From a bacterium (GTDB taxonomy: Bacteria > Eisenbacteria > RBG-16-71-46), in the NCBI GenBank assembly GCA_043779265.1, contig JAYWEM010000092.1:1-22145 (forward strand): a stretch of 22,145 bases of DNA, written 5' to 3'. Position 1 is the first letter of the stretch. Every line of letters starts with the position of its first letter. Shown one piece after another: positions 7,680-15,373 of the stretch. The notes under the pieces are model-generated. The model had not been told where the DNA came from. It searched no databases and saw nothing but the letters and a program-made list of their open reading frames with translations. Both the position numbers and the translations under genes were made by a program.

Positions 7680-9134
7680 ATGCGCATGCGCTCGACTCTC
7701 TGGCTTCTCATCCTCATGGCGACCGGCTTCTCGGCGACGACCGCGACCGCGGCCCCCGAAGGCACGTTCCGCTGGTTCACCCCGCTCGTCGGTTACGGCC
7801 AGTTCGCCGACAACCACTCGTACCCCTTCGCCAACGACTCGCTCGCCGATGCGCTGCTGATCGGCGGCCGCTTCGGGATGCACCTGAACGAGCAGTGGGG
7901 CCTCGAAGCCGGCGCCGCCTATTCGCCCGCCAAGGGCGGCCGCACCGACACCGATGTCACCTACCTGCACCTGAACGGCAGCCTCATGTTCACGCCGACG
8001 GTGTGGAGCTTCGGCGCGCCATATCTCGCGATGGGCGGCGGCTGGGCGCAGCGCAAGGCCGACGGCATCGACGACGTGCACTACGGCACGTTCGAGCAGG
8101 CGGTCGGATTCCGCTCGTGGTTCGGCACTAACATGGGCCTGCGGCTCGAAGCGCGGAACGTGCTCAACGTGCCGCATGAGAACTTCGGTTCGGCCAACAA
8201 GGCCGACCAGCAGTACTGGGCCGGGCTCGACTTCGCGTGGGGCGGCGTGCCCAAGGACACCGACGCCGACGGCGTGCCGGATCGCAAGGACAAGTGCCCC
8301 GATACCCCGACGGGCGCCACGGTCGACCTGACCGGCTGCCCGAAGGACTCCGATGGCGACGGCGTGCTCGACGGCCTCGACAAGTGCGCCGGCACCCCGA
8401 AGGGCGCGCGCGTCGATGCGAGCGGCTGCCCGTCCGATGCCGACGGTGACGGCGTGTTCGACGGCCTCGACACCTGCGCCGATACGCCGAAGGGTGCGAC
8501 GGTCAACGCGAGTGGTTGCCCGGGCGATGCCGACGGCGACGGTGTGTGGGACGGCCTCGACCAGTGCCCCAACACGCCTGCCGGCGCCAAGGTGGGCGCC
8601 AGCGGCTGCCCGATGGATTCCGACAAGGACGGCGTGCCGGACGGGCTCGACAAGTGCCCGAACACCTCGGTCGGCCTGAAGGTCGATTCCGATGGCTGCC
8701 CGATCGTGGTGACCGAGCGCGAGACCGAACTGCTCGACACCGGCATGATCCGGCTGCAGAACATCAACTTCGAGACCGGCAAGTCGGAGCTGCTGCCGGA
8801 GTCGTTCGGACCGCTCGATGAGGTGGGTGCGATTCTGCGCAAGTGGCCCGAGCTGCTGATCGAGGTCGGCGGCCACACGGATTCGCGCGGCAGTCGCGCC
8901 AAGAACCAGACGCTGTCCGACGCCCGTGCCGGCTCGGTGCGCGACTACCTGCTCGGCAAGTTCCCCGACATCCTGCCGGCGCAGCTGTCCGCCAAGGGCT
9001 ACGGTCTGAGCAACCCGATCGCCCCGAATAACAACGCGCTCAACATGGCCAAGAACCGCCGCGTCGAGTTCGTGGTGATCAACAAGGATGTGCTCAAGCG
9101 CGAGCGCGAGAAGCGCAGCATGTTGAAGAAGTAG
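7680..9134 (+). CDS. OmpA family outer-membrane protein with five TSP3-like repeats, paralog 2
   Basis: Start moved from ORF-track 7278 to ATG 7680 (SD AGGAGG, then signal peptide MRMRSTLWLLILMATGFS...); barrel strands; repeats; IEVGGHTD, NQTLSDARA, NRRVEF. Confidence 0.94.
   Translation: MRMRSTLWLLILMATGFSATTATAAPEGTFRWFTPLVGYGQFADNHSYPFANDSLADALLIGGRFGMHLNEQWGLEAGAAYSPAKGGRTDTDVTYLHLNGSLMFTPTVWSFGAPYLAMGGGWAQRKADGIDDVHYGTFEQAVGFRSWFGTNMGLRLEARNVLNVPHENFGSANKADQQYWAGLDFAWGGVPKDTDADGVPDRKDKCPDTPTGATVDLTGCPKDSDGDGVLDGLDKCAGTPKGARVDASGCPSDADGDGVFDGLDTCADTPKGATVNASGCPGDADGDGVWDGLDQCPNTPAGAKVGASGCPMDSDKDGVPDGLDKCPNTSVGLKVDSDGCPIVVTERETELLDTGMIRLQNINFETGKSELLPESFGPLDEVGAILRKWPELLIEVGGHTDSRGSRAKNQTLSDARAGSVRDYLLGKFPDILPAQLSAKGYGLSNPIAPNNNALNMAKNRRVEFVVINKDVLKREREKRSMLKK
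8253..8702 (+). repeat. Five tandem 90-nt (30-aa) TSP type-3-like repeats within OmpA paralog 2
   Basis: Unit xDxDxDGVxDGLDxCxxTPxGAxVxxxGCP repeated five times in frame. Confidence 0.93.
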
Positions 9135-9147
9135 CGGCTCGCGAACA

Positions 9148-9198
9148 CGGGAAAGCGAAGGGCCGGGGCGCAGGCGCTCCGGCCCTTCTTGCTTCCCG
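9148..9198 (+). terminator. Hairpin after OmpA paralog 2, probable terminator
   Basis: GAAGGGCCGG (9157-9166) pairs with CCGGCCCTTC (9179-9188), with an inner GGCG/CGCT stem, an outer extension and a TTCTTGCTT tail. Confidence 0.7.
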
Positions 9199-9266
9199 CC
9201 GCCACGGCCAACGCGTAGAGTCGCAGCCAGGCCGCGCCCCACCACCTCTTCCGCAGGACACCCGCC

Positions 9267-10469
9267 ATGAGCACGCTGACCGACACCATCGAGACGCCGC
9301 ACTTCACGGGTCAGGCGGTGGAGCAGTTGATCGCCGTCCGCCGCGACCTGCACATGCACCCCGAAGTCGGCTTCGAAGAGGTCCGCACCTCCGGCGTCGT
9401 CGCCGCGAAGCTGAAGGCGATGGGGCTCGAGCCGCGCACCGGCATCGGACGCACCGGCGTCATGGCGCGCATCCAGGGCGGCGGCCCGGGCCGAGTCGTG
9501 CTGCTGCGTGCCGACATGGACGCGCTGCCGATCCAAGAGGAGAACGACGTCCCCTATCGCTCGAAGACACCCGGGCGCATGCACGCCTGCGGCCATGACT
9601 GCCACACCAGCATCCTGCTCGGCATCGCGCAGCGCCTGATCGACACCCGTAAGGACTGGAAGGGCGAGGTCGTGCTGTGCTTCCAGCCCGCCGAGGAGCT
9701 GGGCGGGGTCGCTGGCGGTGCCGAGGCGATGATCGCCGATGGCGCGCTGACCTGGAGCCCGCCCGAGGCGGCGTTCGGGCTGCATGTCTGGCAGGACCTG
9801 GCGCTCGGCACGGTCGGCGTGACCGAGGGCCCGTGGATGGCCTCGGCCGACACGTTCGATATCACCGTCAAGGGCAAGGGCGCGCATGGCGCGATGCCGC
9901 ACCTCTCGGCCGACCCGGTCGTCTGCCTGGCCCACATGGTGACGGCGCTGCAGACGATCGCCAGTCGCAACACCGATCCGTTCCGCGAAGTGGTGGTCAC
10001 CGTCGCGCAGCTCAAGGCGGGCTCGGCGTTCAACATCATCCCCGAGACGGCGTGGATGAACGGCACCGTGCGCGTGTTCGACCGCGCGATCTGGGAACAA
10101 CTGCCCGGCCAGATGGAGCGCATCTGCAACGGCGTCGCCGCGGCCTTCGGCTGCGAGGCCCGACTCGACTACCAGCGCGGCAGCCTGCCGACCGTGAACG
10201 CCCCGGCGATGTGCCGCTTCGCGCGCGAGGCGGCGGTGTCGGTGGTGGGCACCGAGCGCGTTCGCGACGATGTGCGCACGATGGGCGGCGAGGACTTCTC
10301 GTCGTTCCTCGATCGCGTCCCCGGCGTGTTCATCGCGGTGGGTTCGCGCAACGAGGCGCGCGGGCTTGTCTGGGATCACCACCATCCGAAGTTCGATGTG
10401 GACGAGGAGTGCCTGCGGATCGGCGCCGAGGTGCTGATGCGCACCGCCCTCGGGTATCTCGCCTCATGA
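9267..10469 (+). CDS. M20D-family amidohydrolase (aminoacylase/hippurate hydrolase-like)
   Basis: RRDLHMHPEVGFEE, LRADMDALP, MHACGHD, FQPAEE, FGLHV, GKGAHGAMPH, GGEDFS, HHPKFDVDE. Confidence 0.95.
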   Translation: MSTLTDTIETPHFTGQAVEQLIAVRRDLHMHPEVGFEEVRTSGVVAAKLKAMGLEPRTGIGRTGVMARIQGGGPGRVVLLRADMDALPIQEENDVPYRSKTPGRMHACGHDCHTSILLGIAQRLIDTRKDWKGEVVLCFQPAEELGGVAGGAEAMIADGALTWSPPEAAFGLHVWQDLALGTVGVTEGPWMASADTFDITVKGKGAHGAMPHLSADPVVCLAHMVTALQTIASRNTDPFREVVVTVAQLKAGSAFNIIPETAWMNGTVRVFDRAIWEQLPGQMERICNGVAAAFGCEARLDYQRGSLPTVNAPAMCRFAREAAVSVVGTERVRDDVRTMGGEDFSSFLDRVPGVFIAVGSRNEARGLVWDHHHPKFDVDEECLRIGAEVLMRTALGYLAS

Positions 10470-11821
10470 GGCGCTCGGCGCACGGACGCGCGGGCCTCAA
10501 GGCCATCTGGGTGCTCGCAGCACTCGCCTCGTTCGGCGGCACCGCGTTCGCCCAGGACGGACCGCTTCGCTGGGTGGACGCGCAGTCGCTGCTGCGCTCG
10601 GCGCAGCGCGACACATTGGGACGAGGCATGGATGCCGCGGCGCTCGATACGCTGGGCATCGCGCTGCGGCGCGTCACACGGCTCGCCGACGCCGAGGCGA
10701 TCCATCGCCGCGCACTCGCGATCGGGCCCGATCGCCGAGAGACGTTGGCGGCACTCGGCAAGGTCGTGCTGATGCAGGGCCGCGCCGAGGAGGCAGCCGA
10801 CTTGCTGGCGCGAGCCGGGCACGCCGAAGGCGCGATCGCCGATCTCTATCACGCGCGACTGCGGCTCGAGGACTGGAAGGGCGCCGCCGAACTCGCCGAG
10901 GAGGCAGGCGATGCCGGCCGCGCCCCGCTGCTCAGGCGCATGGCGGAGGAGGGGGCGTTCCGGATCACCGAGAAGAGCCCGCAGAGTGCGCGCCTCACGT
11001 TCCAGCGCGCCTGGCCGGTGCCGCTGGTGCGCGCCAAGCTGAACGGACAGCTCGTGATCTTGGCCGTCGATCCCGGCGCCACCGACCTGCTGATCGACCC
11101 CGCCGTGATGCGCGTGCATCGCGTGGAGCGTGTCGAAGGGGAGCGCGGCCTGTTCTGGAACGGCTCACGTGTCGCGGTCAAGAACGGCTGGGTACGCTCG
11201 TTGGACCTGGGCGGCATCACGCTGGAGGGCGTGCCGTGCGGCGTGCTGGCACTTCAGAAGTACAGCCTCGCGGTGAATCCGCAGGGCCGTTACATCCAGG
11301 GCGTGCTCGGCATGAGCGTGCTCAAGCGCCTCGGCCTGACAATCGACATGGACCAACAGCGCCTCGAGCTGCGTCGCCCCGGTGCCTCGTACACGCCGCG
11401 CGCCGGTTCGCGCGTCGGATTCGAGTGGTGGGGTGAGCACGAGCTGACGCTCTACGGATCCCTTTCGGGCGGCCGTCGCATGGCGATGCTGCTCGGGACC
11501 GGGCTGCCCGAGGGCGGCGTCGGACTGGCGCAGGAGACCGCGGACGAGCTGGGCCTTCGCTCGACGACGTTGAGTCGCTGGGTGAAGGGCGCGGGCGTGT
11601 GGCTGCAGGGCCGCCCGTGGGCCCCGGTCATGGTCCCCACGGTCACGATCGGGTCGGTGGTGCAGGATCGCGTGCCCGGGTGGTCGGGCGCACTCGATGC
11701 CACCGAGCTATGGCGCCACGGCGCACGCCGCGACGCATTGCTCGGCCCCAACGCATTCGCCAATCGACGCATGACGTTCGATTGGGCGACGCAGACGCTG
11801 CACTTCGAGGACATCGACTGA
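10466..11821 (+). CDS. Exported TPR + tandem retropepsin-like (aspartyl protease fold) protein with degenerate catalytic motifs
   Basis: ATGA overlap with the amidohydrolase stop; signal peptide (AFA-Q); TPR-like helices (ALDTLGIAL...AEAIHRRAL, TLAALGKVVL...AEEAADLL); lobe 1 PLVRAKLNG...LAVDPGA...GVLGMSVL; lobe 2 MLLGTGL...ALLGPNAF...MTFDW. Confidence 0.8.
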   Translation: MRRSAHGRAGLKAIWVLAALASFGGTAFAQDGPLRWVDAQSLLRSAQRDTLGRGMDAAALDTLGIALRRVTRLADAEAIHRRALAIGPDRRETLAALGKVVLMQGRAEEAADLLARAGHAEGAIADLYHARLRLEDWKGAAELAEEAGDAGRAPLLRRMAEEGAFRITEKSPQSARLTFQRAWPVPLVRAKLNGQLVILAVDPGATDLLIDPAVMRVHRVERVEGERGLFWNGSRVAVKNGWVRSLDLGGITLEGVPCGVLALQKYSLAVNPQGRYIQGVLGMSVLKRLGLTIDMDQQRLELRRPGASYTPRAGSRVGFEWWGEHELTLYGSLSGGRRMAMLLGTGLPEGGVGLAQETADELGLRSTTLSRWVKGAGVWLQGRPWAPVMVPTVTIGSVVQDRVPGWSGALDATELWRHGARRDALLGPNAFANRRMTFDWATQTLHFEDID

Positions 11822-11891
11822 CCCTGCGGGGATGAGCGAGTCCGCACGCACGCTCTGAACGTGCGGAGTCGCCGTGGGCGCGCAAGTTCAA

Positions 11892-11897
11892 TAGACT
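11892..11897 (+). promoter_or_regulatory. -10 element TAGACT 6 nt upstream of ATG 11904 (leaderless-type)
   Basis: TAGACT-ccgcgc-ATG; no SD. Confidence 0.5.
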
Positions 11898-11903
11898 CCG
11901 CGC

Positions 11904-12593
11904 ATGTCCGCCGCCCCCCGTTCCGGCTCGTCGCCCATCCGCCGCCTGATCGCGCCGCTCGTGGTGGTCGCGGTCGAGGCCGCCCTGCTCGCGCTGGGCC
12001 TCGGATCGATCGAGGCTCTGCGCGATCCGCGCGCCATCACACTGCTCGCTCTCTCGGCCGCGGGCGGCTACGCGCTGCAATTGATGCAGCCGATGCGCGG
12101 ACACGACGCCACCACGAGCGAGCCCGATGCGGGGCCCATGGTGGTGCTGTTGCTGGCGCCGCTGTTCGCGCCGATGGTCGGCGCCCTTGGCGCACGGCTC
12201 GGGTGGGCGATGTTGCCGAGCCCGATGATCGTCTCGTGGGCCTCGCTCTCGCTCGTGGGCGTCGGCCTGCTCGTTCGCATCGCCGCCATCGCGCAGCTGG
12301 GACCACGCTTCTCGCCGATCGTCGCGGTGCAGAGGAACCATGCCCTCGAGACGCGCGGCCTCTATTCGCGGATCCGCCACCCGGGCTACCTCGGGGCGCT
12401 GCTCGCCTGCCTCGGGGCCTCGCTCGCCTTCGGCAGCGCTCTCGCGCTGCCGCTCGTCTTGGCCATGCGCATCGCCCATGCCGCCCGGATCCGGCGCGAG
12501 GAGGCACTGCTGGCGCGGCACTTCGGGGAGGCGTGGGGCGCGTACGTCGCGCGGACCGGCTCGCTGCTGCCGAGGTTCGGTCCCACGCACTGA
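11904..12593 (+). CDS. Isoprenylcysteine carboxyl methyltransferase (ICMT/PEMT) family membrane methyltransferase
   Basis: Several hydrophobic helices; LGPRFS, LETRGLYSRIRHPGYLG, RIRREEALLARHFGEAWGAY motifs. Confidence 0.9.
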   Translation: MSAAPRSGSSPIRRLIAPLVVVAVEAALLALGLGSIEALRDPRAITLLALSAAGGYALQLMQPMRGHDATTSEPDAGPMVVLLLAPLFAPMVGALGARLGWAMLPSPMIVSWASLSLVGVGLLVRIAAIAQLGPRFSPIVAVQRNHALETRGLYSRIRHPGYLGALLACLGASLAFGSALALPLVLAMRIAHAARIRREEALLARHFGEAWGAYVARTGSLLPRFGPTH

Positions 12594-12629
12594 ATCCGGC
12601 GATCCCTCCGCGATTCGGGCAAGCGGCGC

Positions 12630-12658
12630 TTGACCCGCCCGCTCCGCTCTCCGAGACT
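12630..12658 (+). promoter_or_regulatory. Putative promoter for ogt (TTGACC-17 nt-GAGACT, 6 nt before ATG)
   Basis: Near-consensus -35, 17-nt spacer, -10-like hexamer ending 6 nt before ATG 12665; no clear SD. Confidence 0.5.
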
Positions 12659-12664
12659 GGCACC

Positions 12665-13387
12665 ATGCGCATCGTCTACCACGTCGTCTCCGCGCCCGCT
12701 CCGCTCGGGCTGCTGTTCATGGCGGCCACCCCCAAGGGCGTCTGCCGCCTCGAGTTCATGGACCGACGCAGCCTCAAGCGGACGCTCCAGACCCTGGCCG
12801 CAGGCCACCCGGGTGCCGAATGGAGCCACTCGGTCTCCGACCTCCGGCCGCTCGCCGAGCAGTTGGATGACTTCTTCAGCGGCGTCCGCGAACGGCTCGA
12901 CTGGCCGCTCGATCCCGTCGGCGACGAACTCCAGCTTCAAGTGTGGTCCGCGCTGCGAGCCCTCTCGTACGGGCAGACCTGCACCCTGACGCAGCTCGCG
13001 AAAGCGGTGGGGCAACCGCAGGGGTCCCGCGCCGTCGCCGCGGCCGTGCAGCAGAATCCAGTGGCGATTGCGATCCCCTGTCATCGCGTCGTCGGCGCGG
13101 ATGGACGGCCGACCGCGTACGTCGGTGGCCTGCCGCGCAAGAAGTGGCTGCTCTCACACGAGAGCCGCTTCCACGCACTGCCACACCCCGAGGACAACCG
13201 CGTCATCGCCGAATCGCGTGTGGTGGTGAAGCGCCCCGTCGTTGCGGCGGCTCGTAAGAAGGCCGCACGCACCCGCGCGACCGCTTCGCCCAAGGGCGCC
13301 GCCAGCATCAAGCCCGGCAGACCTGCGCCTGCGAGCAGCAGCAGCACCGCCGCGCTCGCGGCCAAGCCCGCCCGCAAGAAGCGCTGA
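12665..13387 (+). CDS. ogt: Methylated-DNA--protein-cysteine methyltransferase with basic C-terminal tail
   Basis: Start moved from ORF-track 11861 to ATG 12665; APLGLL N-terminal motif, QLQVWSAL, SRAVA, NPVAIAIPCHRVV active site, YVGGLPRKKWLLSHE. Confidence 0.9.
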   Translation: MRIVYHVVSAPAPLGLLFMAATPKGVCRLEFMDRRSLKRTLQTLAAGHPGAEWSHSVSDLRPLAEQLDDFFSGVRERLDWPLDPVGDELQLQVWSALRALSYGQTCTLTQLAKAVGQPQGSRAVAAAVQQNPVAIAIPCHRVVGADGRPTAYVGGLPRKKWLLSHESRFHALPHPEDNRVIAESRVVVKRPVVAAARKKAARTRATASPKGAASIKPGRPAPASSSSTAALAAKPARKKR

Positions 13388-13424
13388 ACCCGCGCGCCGC
13401 GCGCATCTCCCCAAGGAGCCCATC

Positions 13425-14372
13425 ATGACCCCTCGCTCATTCCTTCGCGCCATTCTCGGCCTCTGCCTCGCGACCGCGCTCGCCCCGATCGCCGACGCAC
13501 GCCAGGTGCGCGTCAATGTGGCCGCCAACACGTTCTCGCCGCAGAACCTGACGCTCAACATGGGCGACCACGTGGTCTGGATCTGGACCGGCGGCTCGCA
13601 TGACGTCACGAGCGGGAGCTTCACGGGCAACGGCTCGCCCGACGGGCGCTTCGCCTCGGGAGCCACTGCCAGCAGCCGCACGTACTCTTGGCTATCGACC
13701 GGCGCGACCGGAAATCAGAATTACTATTGCGAAGCTCACATCGCGTTGGGCATGACCGCCAGCCTCAATCTGGTGAACAACGGATCGGGCGCCGCGGGCG
13801 CGGACTTCCGCATCTCGGAGGTGCTCTACAACCCGGTCAGCGGCGCGGACCAGGTGGAGATCACCAACTACGGCGCGACGGGCGACTTCTCCAAGTACCG
13901 GCTCAAGATCAACGGACTCGCGGTGCTGCAGCTCAACGTCACCTCGACTCCGACGGTGATGTCGGTTCCGGCCGGCGGCCGCGTCGTGATCCATCTGGGC
14001 GTGAGCGGCACCAACACGGCGACCAATCTGTTCTTCGCCAGCGCGTCGCTCGCCAATGCCGGCTCGCTGGCGCTGTATGTGCCCAACACGCAGAACACGT
14101 CACTCACCGATGTGACCCAGATCATCGACTACGTCTCGTGGAATGGCGGCTCGGAGAACGAGGCCACCGCCGTGTCCGCCGGGCTGTGGGCCACGAGCGC
14201 GACGTTGCCCGATGTGGCGCAGGGGCACTCGCTCGAGTTCTGCGGCATCGCGGGCCAGTACGGCACCACGTTCTGGAGCGAAGTGGCGACGCCGAACCTC
14301 GGCAGCAACGGCAACTGCTCGACGCCGCTCGTGCGCAGCACCTGGGGCCGCGTGAAGTCGCTGTACCGCTAG
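13425..14372 (+). CDS. Secreted plastocyanin-like cupredoxin + lamin-tail-like domain protein with C-terminal STWGRVKSLYR motif
   Basis: SD AAGGAG before ATG 13425; signal peptide (ADA-R); FSPQNLTLNMGDHVVW, SHDV and YYCEAHIALGM (type-1 Cu ligands H, C, H, M); FRISEVLYNP...DQVEITN (LTD-like). Confidence 0.85.
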   Translation: MTPRSFLRAILGLCLATALAPIADARQVRVNVAANTFSPQNLTLNMGDHVVWIWTGGSHDVTSGSFTGNGSPDGRFASGATASSRTYSWLSTGATGNQNYYCEAHIALGMTASLNLVNNGSGAAGADFRISEVLYNPVSGADQVEITNYGATGDFSKYRLKINGLAVLQLNVTSTPTVMSVPAGGRVVIHLGVSGTNTATNLFFASASLANAGSLALYVPNTQNTSLTDVTQIIDYVSWNGGSENEATAVSAGLWATSATLPDVAQGHSLEFCGIAGQYGTTFWSEVATPNLGSNGNCSTPLVRSTWGRVKSLYR

Positions 14373-14394
14373 CTCGCCGCGCGCCTCAGCGCGA

Positions 14395-15336
14395 TCAGGC
14401 GAAGTGGTCCCAGCCCCTCGGCTCGATCGGCGTGCGTGAGCCCTCGCGCCCGATGAGCACGAGGTCGCCCGCCCGCTCCGTGCACAGGCCGATTCGCGTC
14501 AGGGGAGCGCCGCTCTGCTCGGCGAGCGCCGCGAGCGCCTCGATTCGTCCGGGCTCGATCGCCAGCAGCAACTCGTAGTCATCGCTCGGGCGAGTCAGTG
14601 CGCCAAGGCGCAGCGCCGACTCGTTCACATCGGCGCCGATGCCGCTCGCTCTCGCCAGATGCGCCAGGTCGGAGGAGAGCCCGTCGCTGATGTCGATCGC
14701 CGCGCGCACGCCGCCGGCAGCAGCCAGTGCCAACGCAACGCGCACGCGAGGCTCGGGCGACAACCAGCGCGCCGCGGCGTCCGCACTCACATCGAGTAAC
14801 GAAGGAGAATCGAGGCTGAGCGCCGACTCGATCACCTCGCCCGCCAGGCCGGGCGCGCCCGTCACCGCCAGCACGTCACCGGGCCTCGCGCCTGCCCGCG
14901 CCCAATGGGCGCCTCGTGCGACTTCGCCCAACAGCACGAGGGTCAGCGACATCGGCCCGTCGGCCGAGGCGAGGTTCCCGCCGACGATCGCCGCGCCCTC
15001 TTGCGCGAGCAACTGCGCGCAAGCGGTCTCGATCGCCGCCAGGCGCGCATGGGGCGTGCGAGGCGGTGCGACGATCGACAGCAACCCCCAGCGAGGACGC
15101 GCCGCCATCGCAGCCAGGTCGCTGAGATTGGCCGCGGCCAGCCGGCGCCCGACAGCCTCGTCGGGCACCCAACGCGAATCGAAGTGCCGCCCCTCGACGA
15201 ACGCGTCGGTGGTGACCACCAGATCGCATCCCTCGCCGGGCCGCAGCACGGCGCCGTCATCGCCGGCACCCAGCACCACCCCCGAACCCGGGGGAAGCGC
15301 CGCCACCAGCGCACCGATGCGCGTGAACTCATCCAT
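14395..15336 (-). CDS. thiL: Thiamine-monophosphate kinase
   Basis: MDEFTRI, GAGDDGAV, TTDAFVEGRHF, AANLSDLAAMAA, GGNL, AAIDISDGL, DDYELL, GWDHF. ATG 15336 preferred over GTG 15354. Confidence 0.94.
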   Translation of the reverse strand: MDEFTRIGALVAALPPGSGVVLGAGDDGAVLRPGEGCDLVVTTDAFVEGRHFDSRWVPDEAVGRRLAAANLSDLAAMAARPRWGLLSIVAPPRTPHARLAAIETACAQLLAQEGAAIVGGNLASADGPMSLTLVLLGEVARGAHWARAGARPGDVLAVTGAPGLAGEVIESALSLDSPSLLDVSADAAARWLSPEPRVRVALALAAAGGVRAAIDISDGLSSDLAHLARASGIGADVNESALRLGALTRPSDDYELLLAIEPGRIEALAALAEQSGAPLTRIGLCTERAGDLVLIGREGSRTPIEPRGWDHFA

Positions 15337-15344
15337 GGGAATCG

Positions 15345-15353
15345 ACCCTAGCA
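15345..15353 (-). promoter_or_regulatory. Extended -10-like element TGcTAGGGT 8 nt upstream of thiL ATG
   Basis: Minus strand reads TGC-TAGGGT-cgattccc-ATG; no convincing SD. Confidence 0.4.
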
Positions 15354-15373
15354 CGCTCGATCCGAGGGCAGGC

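Noticed and set aside
7536..10385. 949-aa minus-strand ORF, and similar ones at 1929-3572 and 2939-4507
   Set aside because: Antisense to well-supported genes; long stop-free shadow frames are expected with high-GC codon bias.
9677..10465. ORF-track N-terminal extension of the TPR/retropepsin protein to 714 aa
   Set aside because: Overlaps the amidohydrolase out of frame; the ATGA-coupled start at 10466 gives a proper signal peptide.
11861..12664. Apparent 508-aa Ogt fusion (Ada-like)
   Set aside because: The extension overlaps the ICMT gene, is Arg-rich noise and lacks Ada Zn-binding Cys or AraC motifs.
15337..15373. TPP riboswitch upstream of thiL
   Set aside because: Only 37 nt separate the genes and I see no TPP aptamer consensus.
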